A stretch of 64,000 nt of DNA, taken from the NCBI GenBank assembly GCA_016794805.1, contig JAEUJI010000033.1, positions 4,769-68,768 on the forward strand, given 5' to 3'. Origin of the DNA: Gemmatimonadota bacterium. GTDB lineage: Bacteria; Gemmatimonadota; Gemmatimonadetes; Gemmatimonadales; GWC2-71-9. Every line of letters begins with the position of its first letter. Within the stretch, counting starts at the first letter, position 1. Below, piece by piece: positions 52,351 through 64,000 of this stretch. Made by a program: the position numbers and the translations under genes. The notes beneath the pieces were generated by a model, which was not told where the DNA came from, made no database searches, and saw only the letters and a program-made list of their open reading frames with translations.

Positions 52351-53325
52351 ATGTCCCTGACCGATCGCGGCCGCGCGTTGCTCTCCAAGATCGAGGTGCT
52401 CCGGGACCTCGAGTCGCGGGTGCGAGAGCTGATGACGGCACACATCGAGAAGCGTCCCCTCTGGTTTCCGCACGACCTGCTGGGCCCCCGGCCGGACCAG
52501 GACCCGGACCGCCACGTGGCGGAGCTGCGCCGCAGGGCCGAAGGGATCCCCGACCCGGCCCGCGCCGCGCTGTCCCTCAACATGCTCACCGAGGAGGGGC
52601 TGCCCCACTTCCACCGGCTCCTCGCGGTGCACCTCGGCGACGACAGCCACTGGCGGGAATGGAACAATCTCTGGACCGCCGAGGAGGACCGGCACGGCGT
52701 CATCCTGCACGACTACATCCGGGATACCCGGCTGGTGAACCAGCGCCGGCTTGAGGAAATGCAGTTCAGCTACCTGCAAAGCGGCTTCGATCCTGACTGG
52801 GACAAGGACCCCTACCGGGTGTTCGTCTACACCACGCTGCAGGAGCGGGCCACCCAGCAGTCCCACAGCGAGACCGGCCGGCTGATCGGCGAATACGAGC
52901 CGCTGCTGGGCGAGGTGCTCACCAACGTGGCGACGGAGGAAGCGCGGCACTTCAGCTTCTACCGCACGGTGTTCGAGGAGATCCTGGCCCGGGACCCTGA
53001 CCAGGCGCTTCACTCTGCTGCGCAGATCATGCCAAGCATCGAGATGCCGGGCCACACCATGCCCGGGTTCCGTGAGCTGGCCGACGTGATCCGCCGGTCG
53101 GGGATCTACGGACCACGCGACTATCTGCGCATCGTCCAGGAGCAGATCCGCTACTGGCAGATCGAGACCCTGACCGGGCTCAACGACCTGGGACGGCGGG
53201 CGCAGGAGAAGATCATGGGCATCCCCGCCCGGCTGCAGCGGATCGCGGAGCACATCGAGACCAAGAGCCGTGCCAAGACGTTCAGCTTCGACCTGGTGTT
53301 CAATCGTGAATTCGCGATGGAGTAG
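52351..53325 (+). CDS. soluble acyl-ACP desaturase (di-iron, FA_desaturase_2 family)
   Basis: WTAEEDRHG, LQERATQQSH and ATEEARHFSFY are the EXXH di-iron motifs. Confidence 0.88.
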   Translation: MSLTDRGRALLSKIEVLRDLESRVRELMTAHIEKRPLWFPHDLLGPRPDQDPDRHVAELRRRAEGIPDPARAALSLNMLTEEGLPHFHRLLAVHLGDDSHWREWNNLWTAEEDRHGVILHDYIRDTRLVNQRRLEEMQFSYLQSGFDPDWDKDPYRVFVYTTLQERATQQSHSETGRLIGEYEPLLGEVLTNVATEEARHFSFYRTVFEEILARDPDQALHSAAQIMPSIEMPGHTMPGFRELADVIRRSGIYGPRDYLRIVQEQIRYWQIETLTGLNDLGRRAQEKIMGIPARLQRIAEHIETKSRAKTFSFDLVFNREFAME

Positions 53326-53779
53326 GCTGGCGCCCGTCGCGGGCGTCCTGCTGCTGGCCGGCCTGGCGGGTTGCCGGGAACGGAGCGGCGCCGCGGCGCG
53401 CCCGGCTGCCGGTCCCGCGGACCCGGTGCAGGCCGAGGCGGAGCTGCTGGGCCGTGACCTGGCGGACATCATGGACCGCGTCATGGCCTACCGGAGCGCC
53501 CACCAGGGGCGCCTCCCCACTTCCCTGCGCCAGGCCGGCATCGACAGCCTGGCGCCCCAGTTCATCCGCCGCCTGGGCCGTCAGGGCGGCGACCCGCTCC
53601 TCACCGTGGTCTTCCGGCACACCGAGGGCCGGACGCTGCAGAGCTGCCGCGGCACCAGCATGGTGCTGGAGGACGCCGCGCTGCACGAGGGCGCCTTCGA
53701 AGTGTCCTGCACGCTGGTGGGCGGCGGGGATCGCACGTTCACCGTGCCGCCACTCCCGCCGCCGCCCAAGCCGGACTAG
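53306..53779 (+). CDS. hypothetical lipoprotein
   Basis: GTG 53306; lipobox LLLAGLAGC. Overlaps the desaturase 3' end by 20 nt. Confidence 0.5.
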   Translation: MNSRWSRLAPVAGVLLLAGLAGCRERSGAAARPAAGPADPVQAEAELLGRDLADIMDRVMAYRSAHQGRLPTSLRQAGIDSLAPQFIRRLGRQGGDPLLTVVFRHTEGRTLQSCRGTSMVLEDAALHEGAFEVSCTLVGGGDRTFTVPPLPPPPKPD

Positions 53780-53782
53780 GGG

Positions 53783-54361
53783 ATGGAGGTCGTCGCCGGG
53801 ATCGTGCAGGTCACGCGGGTGCTGGTGGTGGCCTTCTTCGCCGTTGCCTCCGTCGTGGCCGGAACGCACTGGGCGGTGAAGCATGGGCACCTGTCGCCCT
53901 TCGGGCCGCTGCCCCGCTTTTCCCGCCGCCTGGGGCAGCCCCTGCTGCGCCCCTTCGAGCGCCGGCTCTACCGTAGTGGCGGCAATCCGGTCAACGCCCC
54001 GTACGCCCTGTTCTGGGTGGCGCTGATTGGCGGGCTGGCGCTGATCGCGCTGGTGCAGTGGCTCATCGGCACGGTGCTCGCCCTGCTGTCCAGCGCGGAG
54101 TCGGGCCCGCGCAGCCTGCTGGCATTCGGGGTGAATGCCATCTTCTCGGTGCTGATGCTCTGCATCTTCGTCCGGGTGGTGGCGTCGTGGTTCGGAGTGT
54201 CCCCCTACAGCAAGCCCATGCGCGTGGTTCATGCCCTCAGCGACTGGCTCATCGAGCCGCTCCGCAAGGTGCTCCCCCCCTTCGGCATGCTGGACCTGTC
54301 GCCGATCGTCGCCTACTTCATGCTCTACCTGGCGCGCGGCCTGCTGCTCAGCTGGCTGTAG
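53783..54361 (+). CDS. yggT: YggT-family membrane protein
   Basis: Two YggT-like repeats (RVVASWFGVSPYSKPMRVVHALSDWLIEPLRKVLPPFGMLDLSPIVAY). Confidence 0.8.
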   Translation: MEVVAGIVQVTRVLVVAFFAVASVVAGTHWAVKHGHLSPFGPLPRFSRRLGQPLLRPFERRLYRSGGNPVNAPYALFWVALIGGLALIALVQWLIGTVLALLSSAESGPRSLLAFGVNAIFSVLMLCIFVRVVASWFGVSPYSKPMRVVHALSDWLIEPLRKVLPPFGMLDLSPIVAYFMLYLARGLLLSWL

Positions 54362-54374
54362 CCCGGCCCGCCGC

Positions 54375-54671
54375 ATGCCCCCCCTCACGCCCACGGCTAC
54401 CGGCGTCCGGCTGACGCTGCATGTCCAGCCGCGCGCCGCCCGCACCGAGATCGCGGGCCGGCATGGGGATGCGCTCAAGGTCCGGCTCGCCGCACCGCCG
54501 GTGGAGGGCGCGGCCAACGACGCGCTGATCCGGTTCCTGGCCGATCGCCTGGGGGTGCCCCGGTCGGCCGTCCAGCTGGTCGGGGGCGCGACCAGCCGGC
54601 GGAAGGTGGTGGAGGTGACCGGAATCTCGGCCGAGTCCGCTGCGGCCCGCCTCCCAGTTGGCGGAACCTGA
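54375..54671 (+). CDS. DUF167 (YggU-like) protein
   Basis: VRLTLHVQPRAARTEIAGRHGDALKVRLAAPPVEGAANDALIRFLA. Confidence 0.8.
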   Translation: MPPLTPTATGVRLTLHVQPRAARTEIAGRHGDALKVRLAAPPVEGAANDALIRFLADRLGVPRSAVQLVGGATSRRKVVEVTGISAESAAARLPVGGT

Positions 54672-54710
54672 CCGCCCCGCTACATTGTTCCTGCAGCGGT
54701 TCAATTGCTC

Positions 54711-54757
54711 CGTGGTGATTTGCGCCTATTGCAGCCACGTTAAACAAATGCTAAAAC
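54711..54757 (+). ncRNA. candidate H-type pseudoknot leader (SAM-II/SAM-V-like?) upstream of metH
   Basis: P1 CGTGG/CCACG (54711-15 / 54735-39). Loop ATTTG (54718-22) can pair with tail CAAAT (54745-49). The tail ends GCTAAAAC. A downstream hairpin CCCCG...CGGGG (54765-54793) covers the GGGGA Shine-Dalgarno and is followed by ATTTTT. Confidence 0.3.
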
Positions 54758-54800
54758 GGCCGCCCCCCGGGGAGCCGTCACGGCCACACGGGGATTTTTC

Positions 54801-58507
<3,707 letters not shown>

Positions 58508-58511
<4 letters not shown>

Positions 58512-60337
58512 GCACCCTGCGCGAGCTGATTGCCGACGGCCGGACCCACGTCTTCGACGGGGCGATGGGCACCATGCTCTATGCCCGCGGCATCTTCCTC
58601 AACATCTGCTACGACGAGCTGGTGCTCAAGCAGCCGGACCTGATCCGCGACATCCACCGCGAGTATGTGCGGGCCGGGGCGGAGCTGCTGGAGACCAACA
58701 CCTTCGGCGCCAACCCCGTGAAGCTGGCGCAGTACGGCCTGGCGGGGGAAACCGAGACGATCAACCGGGTGGCCGCGAGCCTGGCGCGCGACGCCGGGGG
58801 CGACCGCGCCTCGGTGCTCGGCGCCCTCGGGCCGCTGGGGATCCGCATCGAGCCGTTCGGCGAGATGGCGGTGGCGGAGGCCCGCGCCGCCTTCGTCCGC
58901 CAGGTGGACGGGCTGCTCGCCGGGGGAGTGGACGGGTTCATCATCGAGACCTTCAGCGACGTGGAGGAGGTCCGCGCCGCGTACGAGGCGATCCGGTCCC
59001 GGACCGACCTGCCGGTGGTGGCGCAGATGACCGTCGCGACCGATGGCAAGACCTACTTCGGCACCGAGCCGGCCACCTTCGGTCCCTGGCTGCAGGCGAT
59101 GGGCGCCGACGTGATCGGCGTCAACTGCTCGGTGGGGCCGCACGGGGTGCTGGAGGCGATCGAGCAGCTGGCCCGGGTGGTGACGGTGCCGCTCTCCGCC
59201 CAGCCCAACGCCGGCCTCCCCCGCGATGTCGGGGACCGCAAGATCTACATGGCCAGCCCCGAGTACATGGCGAGCTACGCCCGGCGCATGGTCGAGGCGG
59301 GGGCGCGGTTCGTGGGCGGCTGCTGCGGCACCACCCCGGACCACATCAAGGCGATGGTCGGGTACGTGAAGAGCGTGACCCCGCGCCACGTCACCCAGTT
59401 CTCCGCCCAGCCCGCCAAGGTGGAGCCGCTGGAGCCGGTGCCGCTGGCGGAGCGCTCCCGGTTCGGCGCCAGGCTCGCGCGGGGGGAGTTCATCACCACG
59501 GTGGAGATCGTGCCGCCCAAGGGCGTGGACCCGGGGCCGATGTTCGACCAGGTGCGCGAGCTCAAGGCGGCGGGGGTGGATGCGGTCAACGTCCCCGACG
59601 GGCCGCGGGCCCAGAGCCGGATGGGCGCGCTCCTGTCCGGGCTGCTCATCCAGCGCGAACTGGGCATGGAGCCGGTGGTCCACTACGCCTGCCGGGACCG
59701 GAACCTGCTGGGCATGCTCTCCGACCTGCTCGGCGCCGCCGCGAGCGGCATCCGCAACCTGCTGATCGTCACCGGCGACCCGCCCAAGATGGGCCCCTAC
59801 CCGGACGCCACCGCGGTGTTCGACATCGACAGCATCGGCCTCACCAACCTGGTGAGCCGGCTCAATCACGGACTCGATCCCGGTGGCAACGCCCTGGGCG
59901 GGACCACGAAGTTCGTGGTGGGCGTCGGGGTCAACCCGGCGGCGCCGGACCTCGAGCGCGAGCTGCGCCGCTTCGCGTGGAAGGTGGACGCCGGCGCCGA
60001 GTACGCCATGACGCAGCCGGTGTTCGACATCGAGCAGCTGGACCGCTTCCTGGCGCGGGTGGAGTCGTTCCGGGTACCGATCATCGCGGGCATCTGGCCG
60101 CTGGTGTCGCTCCGGAACGCGGAGTTCCTGGCCAATGAGGTCCCGGGCGTGACGGTGCCACCCGTCATCCTGGAGCGGATGCGCGACGCCTCGGCCCGCG
60201 GCAAGGAAGAAGCGCTGCAGGAGGGGATCCTGATCGCGCGGGAGATGCTGACGGCGGTGCGGAGCCGGGTCCGCGGGGTGCAGGTGGCGGCCCCGATGGG
60301 CCGCGCCGGCGTGGCGGTGCAGGTGATCGCGCCGTAG
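58508..60337 (+). CDS. bifunctional homocysteine S-methyltransferase / 5,10-methylenetetrahydrofolate reductase (YitJ-like fusion)
   Basis: The N-terminal region is FDGAMGTML...[11 protein letters not shown] (Hcy-binding, Zn Cys pair). The C-terminal region is MTHFR (VPDGPRA...LLIVTGDPP). GTGA overlap with metH. Confidence 0.88.
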
Positions 60338-60350
60338 GGGCGGCGGGGGG

Positions 60351-61046
60351 CTATTCGGAGCGCAGCCGGTAGCCCACCCCGGGCTCGGTGAGGAGCAGCC
60401 GCGGCTGGGTCGGATCGGCCTCCAGCTTGTGGCGCAGCTGGGTGATGTACACCCGGAGGTAATGGGTCTGGGTGATGGCGTTCGCGCCCCAGACCTCCCG
60501 CAGCAGGTGGCGGTGGGTCAGCACCTTCCCCGCATGCCGGACCAGCGTCACCAGCAGCTTGTACTCGTTGGGGGTGAGGTGCACCGTCACCCCGTCCCGC
60601 GACACCTCCCGCCGGGCCAGGTCCACCCGCAGCCCGCCAGTCTCGAAGACCGGCTCGTCGGCCGCCCCGACCCGGGCGGCGTGGCGGAGCGCCACCCGCA
60701 TCCGCGCCAGCAGTTCGTCCACCCCGAACGGCTTGGTGAGGTAGTCGTCCGCGCCGGCATCCAGCGCCGTCACCTTGTCGCGCTCCTGCCCGCGGGCCGA
60801 GATGATGATGATGGGGGTTCGGCTCCACTCCCGGATCTGCCGGGTCAGGTCGAGCCCGTCGCCATCGGGGAGCCCGAGGTCGAGGAGGATGAGGTCGGGG
60901 TTCCGCGCGGCCGCCTGCGCCAGCCCCTCCCGCGCGGTCGGCGCCTCGATCAGCTGGTACTCCTGGGTGCCGAAGGCGGCGCGCAGGAAGCGGCGCATCT
61001 CGGGCTCGTCTTCGATGAGCAGGATGGTGGGAGCGGCCACGCTCAC
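60351..61046 (-). CDS. kdpE: OmpR-family response regulator KdpE
   Basis: REC plus winged-helix (LTPNEYKLLVTLVRHAGKVLTHRHLL). Overlaps the kdpD stop. Confidence 0.85.
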   Translation of the reverse strand: MSVAAPTILLIEDEPEMRRFLRAAFGTQEYQLIEAPTAREGLAQAAARNPDLILLDLGLPDGDGLDLTRQIREWSRTPIIIISARGQERDKVTALDAGADDYLTKPFGVDELLARMRVALRHAARVGAADEPVFETGGLRVDLARREVSRDGVTVHLTPNEYKLLVTLVRHAGKVLTHRHLLREVWGANAITQTHYLRVYITQLRHKLEADPTQPRLLLTEPGVGYRLRSE

Positions 61047-63745
61047 GAGGCGGCCTCCGATTCCTGCGGGATCGGGGCCGGCGCCGGCCCCGAGAGCGGC
61101 AGCAGGAAGCGGAACGCGGCGCCCCCACCCTCCCGGTTCTCCGCCCAGAGACGGCCGCCGTGCGCCAGGATGATGCCCCGGGAGATCGTCAGCCCCAGCC
61201 CGATGCCGCGGCCGGGTTCCGCACCCGCCCCACGCTGGAACTTCTCGAAGATCCGTTCCTCCTCCCCAGCCGGGAGGCCCGGGCCGCGGTCGGCGACCGT
61301 CACCGTCACCGCCTCGGGCGCCGCCGCGGCGGACACCTCAATCGGGGTTCCCTCCTGCGTGTACTTGGCGGCGTTTTCCAGCAGGTTGATGAACACCTGC
61401 TCCAGCAGGACGGCGTCGAGCGGCACCAGGGGCAGGTCGGGCGGCAGCGCGACCGTGACGGGGTGCCGGGCCAGGCGGTCTCCCATCCGGATGAGGGCCA
61501 CGCCCACGGCGTCCTCCAGGGGCTGCCATTCCTTCTGGACCTGAAGGCTGCCGGTCTCCAGCCGGATCATGTCAAGCAGGTTCCGGATCAGCCGGTTCAT
61601 GCGCGCGGACTCGTCCAGGATGGAATCGAGCAGCTCCGCGCGCACCGGCTCGGTCATGCCGTCTCCCGCGCGGCGCAGGCTGCTCGCGGCGCCGGTGATC
61701 ACCCCGAGCGGAGTGCGGAGGTCGTGCGACAGCGAACTCAGGAGTGACGTGCGCAGCCGCTCCGCCTCGGTCTCGAGCCGTGCCCGCTGGGCTCCTTCCT
61801 CCAGCGCCACGCGCTCGAGGGCGACGGCCACCTGGCCGGCGAAGGTCTCGAGCAGGTGGCGCCGGGACGGGTCCTGGAAGGAGCTCATGTCCGGCGCGGC
61901 GAGCACCAGGACGCCGAGCACGCCCGCCCCACCGGTGAGCGGCAGGTGCAGCCCGACCGCGGCCGGCAGCGTGGCGGTCCCGATCCCCGCCAGCTCGCCA
62001 CGATGAAAGACCCAGTCCGCGACGCTCAGCTCCTTGGCGTCGAGGACCGGCAGCGCGGCCACCGGGGCCAGCGGCGCGAGCCGCCCCTCGGGGCCGGGGA
62101 CCACCAGCTGGCATTCGCAGCCGAAGCTGTCCCGCAGGTGGCGCCGCGCGATCGCCACGATCTGGTCCCGGGCCCGGGCCGTGCCCAGGTCGCGGCTGAG
62201 GGCGTAGAGGGCGGCGGTCCGCTGCTCGCGCTCGCGCGCCAGCTGCGCCTGTTCGCGGTGGCGCAGGGTGTAGCCGCTGATGACCAGCGCCACGACCAGC
62301 ATGACCAGGAAGGTCAGGATGTAATTGAGGTCCGAGACCGCGAACGTCAGGTACGGCGGCACGAACATGAAGTCAAAGGCGGCGATGCTGAGCAGCGCCG
62401 CGAGCAACGAGGGTCCCCGGCCGCAGCGGGATGCCACGATCATGGCGCCGAGCAGGTAAATCATGGCCACGTCGGTGACGCTGAGGCGCTGGAACACCAT
62501 CCAGCCGGAGAGGGTGCAGAGCCCGACGACCAGCGCGGCCAGTCCATACTCGCGCGCCGGCGCCGGGCGGGGCGGCCCCTGCCGGCGCGGCGCGGCCCGC
62601 TCCTCGCCCGCATCGCCGCTCATGACGTAGACATCCACGTCGCCGCTGCCCCGCACGAGCCGGTCCAGGGTGCTGCCGAGGAGTTTGTCCCGCCAGGTGG
62701 GGTGGGTCGGCTTGCCGACGAGGATCCGGGTGGCGTTGTTGACGGCGGCGTAGGCCAGCACCTCCTCCGCCACGCCGGTGCCGGCAACCGTCACGGTCCG
62801 GGCCCCGGACTCCTCCGCCAGCCGCATGGTCTCAACCAGCTCGGCCCGCTGCGCGTCCGTGAGGGCGGCGCCGGGCGTTTCCACGTGCAGCACAATCCAC
62901 TCGCAGCGGAGGCTTGTGGCCATCCGGCGGCCCGCCCGCACCAGTCGCCGGCCGGCGGGGTTGGAGCCGACGCAGACCAGCAGCCGTTCCCCCGCCGGCC
63001 AGATGTCCCGGATGCCGTGCTCCGCCCGCCAGCCGCGCATCTGGGCGTCCACCCGTTCCGCCATGCGGCGCAGCGCCAGTTCCCGCAGCGCGATGAGATT
63101 GCCCTTCTTGAAGAACTGCTCCCGGGCGCGCGCGGCCTGCTCGGCGAAGTACACCTTGCCTTCGGCGAGGCGCTTGAGCAGGTCGTCGGGGGTGAGGTCC
63201 GCCAGCTCCACGTCGTCGGCCTGGTCGAAGACCTCGTCGGGCACGGTTTCCCGGACCAGGACGCCGGTGATCTGGGCGACCACGTCGTTCAGGCTCTCGA
63301 GGTGCTGGACGTTGAGGGTGGCGTAGACCGAGATGCCGGCGGCGAGCAGGTCGGCCACGTCCTGGTACCGGCGCTCGTGGCGGGACCCTGGCGCGTTGGT
63401 GTGGGCCAGCTCGTCCACCAGGATGATGCTGGGCCGCCGGGTGAGCGCGGCATCCAGGTCGAACTCGGAGAGCGCGATGCCCCGGTACGTGATGGGGCGG
63501 CGGGGCAGCACCTCGAGCCCTTCGACCAGGGCCGCCGTATCGGCCCGGCCATGCGTCTCCACCACGCCCACCACCACGTCGACCCCTTCCCGGCGGCGAG
63601 CGCGGGCCTCCTCCAGCATGGCGAAGGTCTTCCCGACGCCGGGGTTGGCGCCAAAGAAGATCTTGAGACGCCCTCGCGCGGCCCTGGCTTCTTCGGCCTG
63701 GAGCCTCGCGAGCAGCGCTTCGGGATCGGGACGCGTGCCGGTCAC
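61043..63745 (-). CDS. kdpD: sensor histidine kinase KdpD
   Basis: KdpD N-domain (GANPGVGKTFAML), Usp domain, 4 TM, GAF, H-box SHDLRTPL, and HATPase; 900 aa. Confidence 0.92.
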   Translation of the reverse strand: MTGTRPDPEALLARLQAEEARAARGRLKIFFGANPGVGKTFAMLEEARARRREGVDVVVGVVETHGRADTAALVEGLEVLPRRPITYRGIALSEFDLDAALTRRPSIILVDELAHTNAPGSRHERRYQDVADLLAAGISVYATLNVQHLESLNDVVAQITGVLVRETVPDEVFDQADDVELADLTPDDLLKRLAEGKVYFAEQAARAREQFFKKGNLIALRELALRRMAERVDAQMRGWRAEHGIRDIWPAGERLLVCVGSNPAGRRLVRAGRRMATSLRCEWIVLHVETPGAALTDAQRAELVETMRLAEESGARTVTVAGTGVAEEVLAYAAVNNATRILVGKPTHPTWRDKLLGSTLDRLVRGSGDVDVYVMSGDAGEERAAPRRQGPPRPAPAREYGLAALVVGLCTLSGWMVFQRLSVTDVAMIYLLGAMIVASRCGRGPSLLAALLSIAAFDFMFVPPYLTFAVSDLNYILTFLVMLVVALVISGYTLRHREQAQLAREREQRTAALYALSRDLGTARARDQIVAIARRHLRDSFGCECQLVVPGPEGRLAPLAPVAALPVLDAKELSVADWVFHRGELAGIGTATLPAAVGLHLPLTGGAGVLGVLVLAAPDMSSFQDPSRRHLLETFAGQVAVALERVALEEGAQRARLETEAERLRTSLLSSLSHDLRTPLGVITGAASSLRRAGDGMTEPVRAELLDSILDESARMNRLIRNLLDMIRLETGSLQVQKEWQPLEDAVGVALIRMGDRLARHPVTVALPPDLPLVPLDAVLLEQVFINLLENAAKYTQEGTPIEVSAAAAPEAVTVTVADRGPGLPAGEEERIFEKFQRGAGAEPGRGIGLGLTISRGIILAHGGRLWAENREGGGAAFRFLLPLSGPAPAPIPQESEAAS

Positions 63746-63748
63746 ACC

Positions 63749-64000
63749 CTATGGTGCCGGTGTGAGGCCGTCCAACGCAAGGTTGAGCCGGAGCACGTTC
63801 ACCCGCGGCTCCCCGAGCACGCCGAACTGCCGCCCCTCGGTCGAGCCGGCCACGAGGGTGCGGACGCTGTCCTCCGACACCCCCCGGGCCCGGGACACGC
63901 GGGGCACCTGGTACGCTGCCGCCGCCGGGGTGATGTGGGGATCGAGCCCGCTGCCCGAGGCGGTCACCAGGTCCACCGGCACCGGGTCGGTCCGGCCCGG
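63749..64000 (-). CDS. kdpC: K+-transporting ATPase subunit KdpC, C-terminal part (gene runs off the right edge)
   Basis: [27 protein letters not shown] is a KdpC hallmark. Confidence 0.85.
   Translation of the reverse strand, partial: PGRTDPVPVDLVTASGSGLDPHITPAAAAYQVPRVSRARGVSEDSVRTLVAGSTEGRQFGVLGEPRVNVLRLNLALDGLTPAP

Overview
About 70% GC chromosomal segment from a diderm bacterium; it encodes a porin, lipoproteins and a TolB-like domain. I cannot assign a phylum from the sequence alone. I call about 66 protein genes. There are no rRNA or tRNA genes, no CRISPR, and no transposase, integrase, phage or recognisable defence genes, so this looks like core or housekeeping DNA rather than a mobile island. 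All product names come from motif recognition by eye; no database search was run. Main content, left to right: STAS-receiver-ccmAB; acs; a DUF411 metal-binding protein; kup; a DsbA-like protein; OsmC; a CDP-alcohol phosphatidyltransferase; a CPA2 antiporter; a flavin halogenase-like enzyme; an M16 peptidase; a PLP decarboxylase; an HK/sigma-54 activator pair directly followed by pqqA-B-C-(D-E fusion); pruA; a minus-strand molybdate/tungstate-type island of about 6.5 kb (modABC, porin, HTH-TOBE regulator, a second modBC, YHS); cutA-mgtE; a 1348-aa membrane-spanning SARP-STAND-PD40 regulator; yfcC; a GNAT plus acyl-ACP desaturase pair; yggT; metH followed by a fused Hcy-methyltransferase/MTHFR; and kdpCDE. 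Many long ORFs in the track are antisense artefacts of the high GC content. I found no clear-cut new multi-gene system. The best novelty candidates are: (1) a complete enhancer, AT-rich bend and -24/-12 promoter in front of an untracked pqqA, plus three more sigma-54-type boxes; (2) short tandem repeats arranged as palindromes at convergent gene ends, one pair of which brackets a whole gene, and one octamer repeat that sits inside the activator gene; (3) five helically phased CCTT decamers upstream of modA; (4) a 486-bp structured non-coding spacer between the mod operon and a saccharopine-dehydrogenase-like gene; (5) an H-type pseudoknot leader upstream of metH; (6) the giant one-component regulator.
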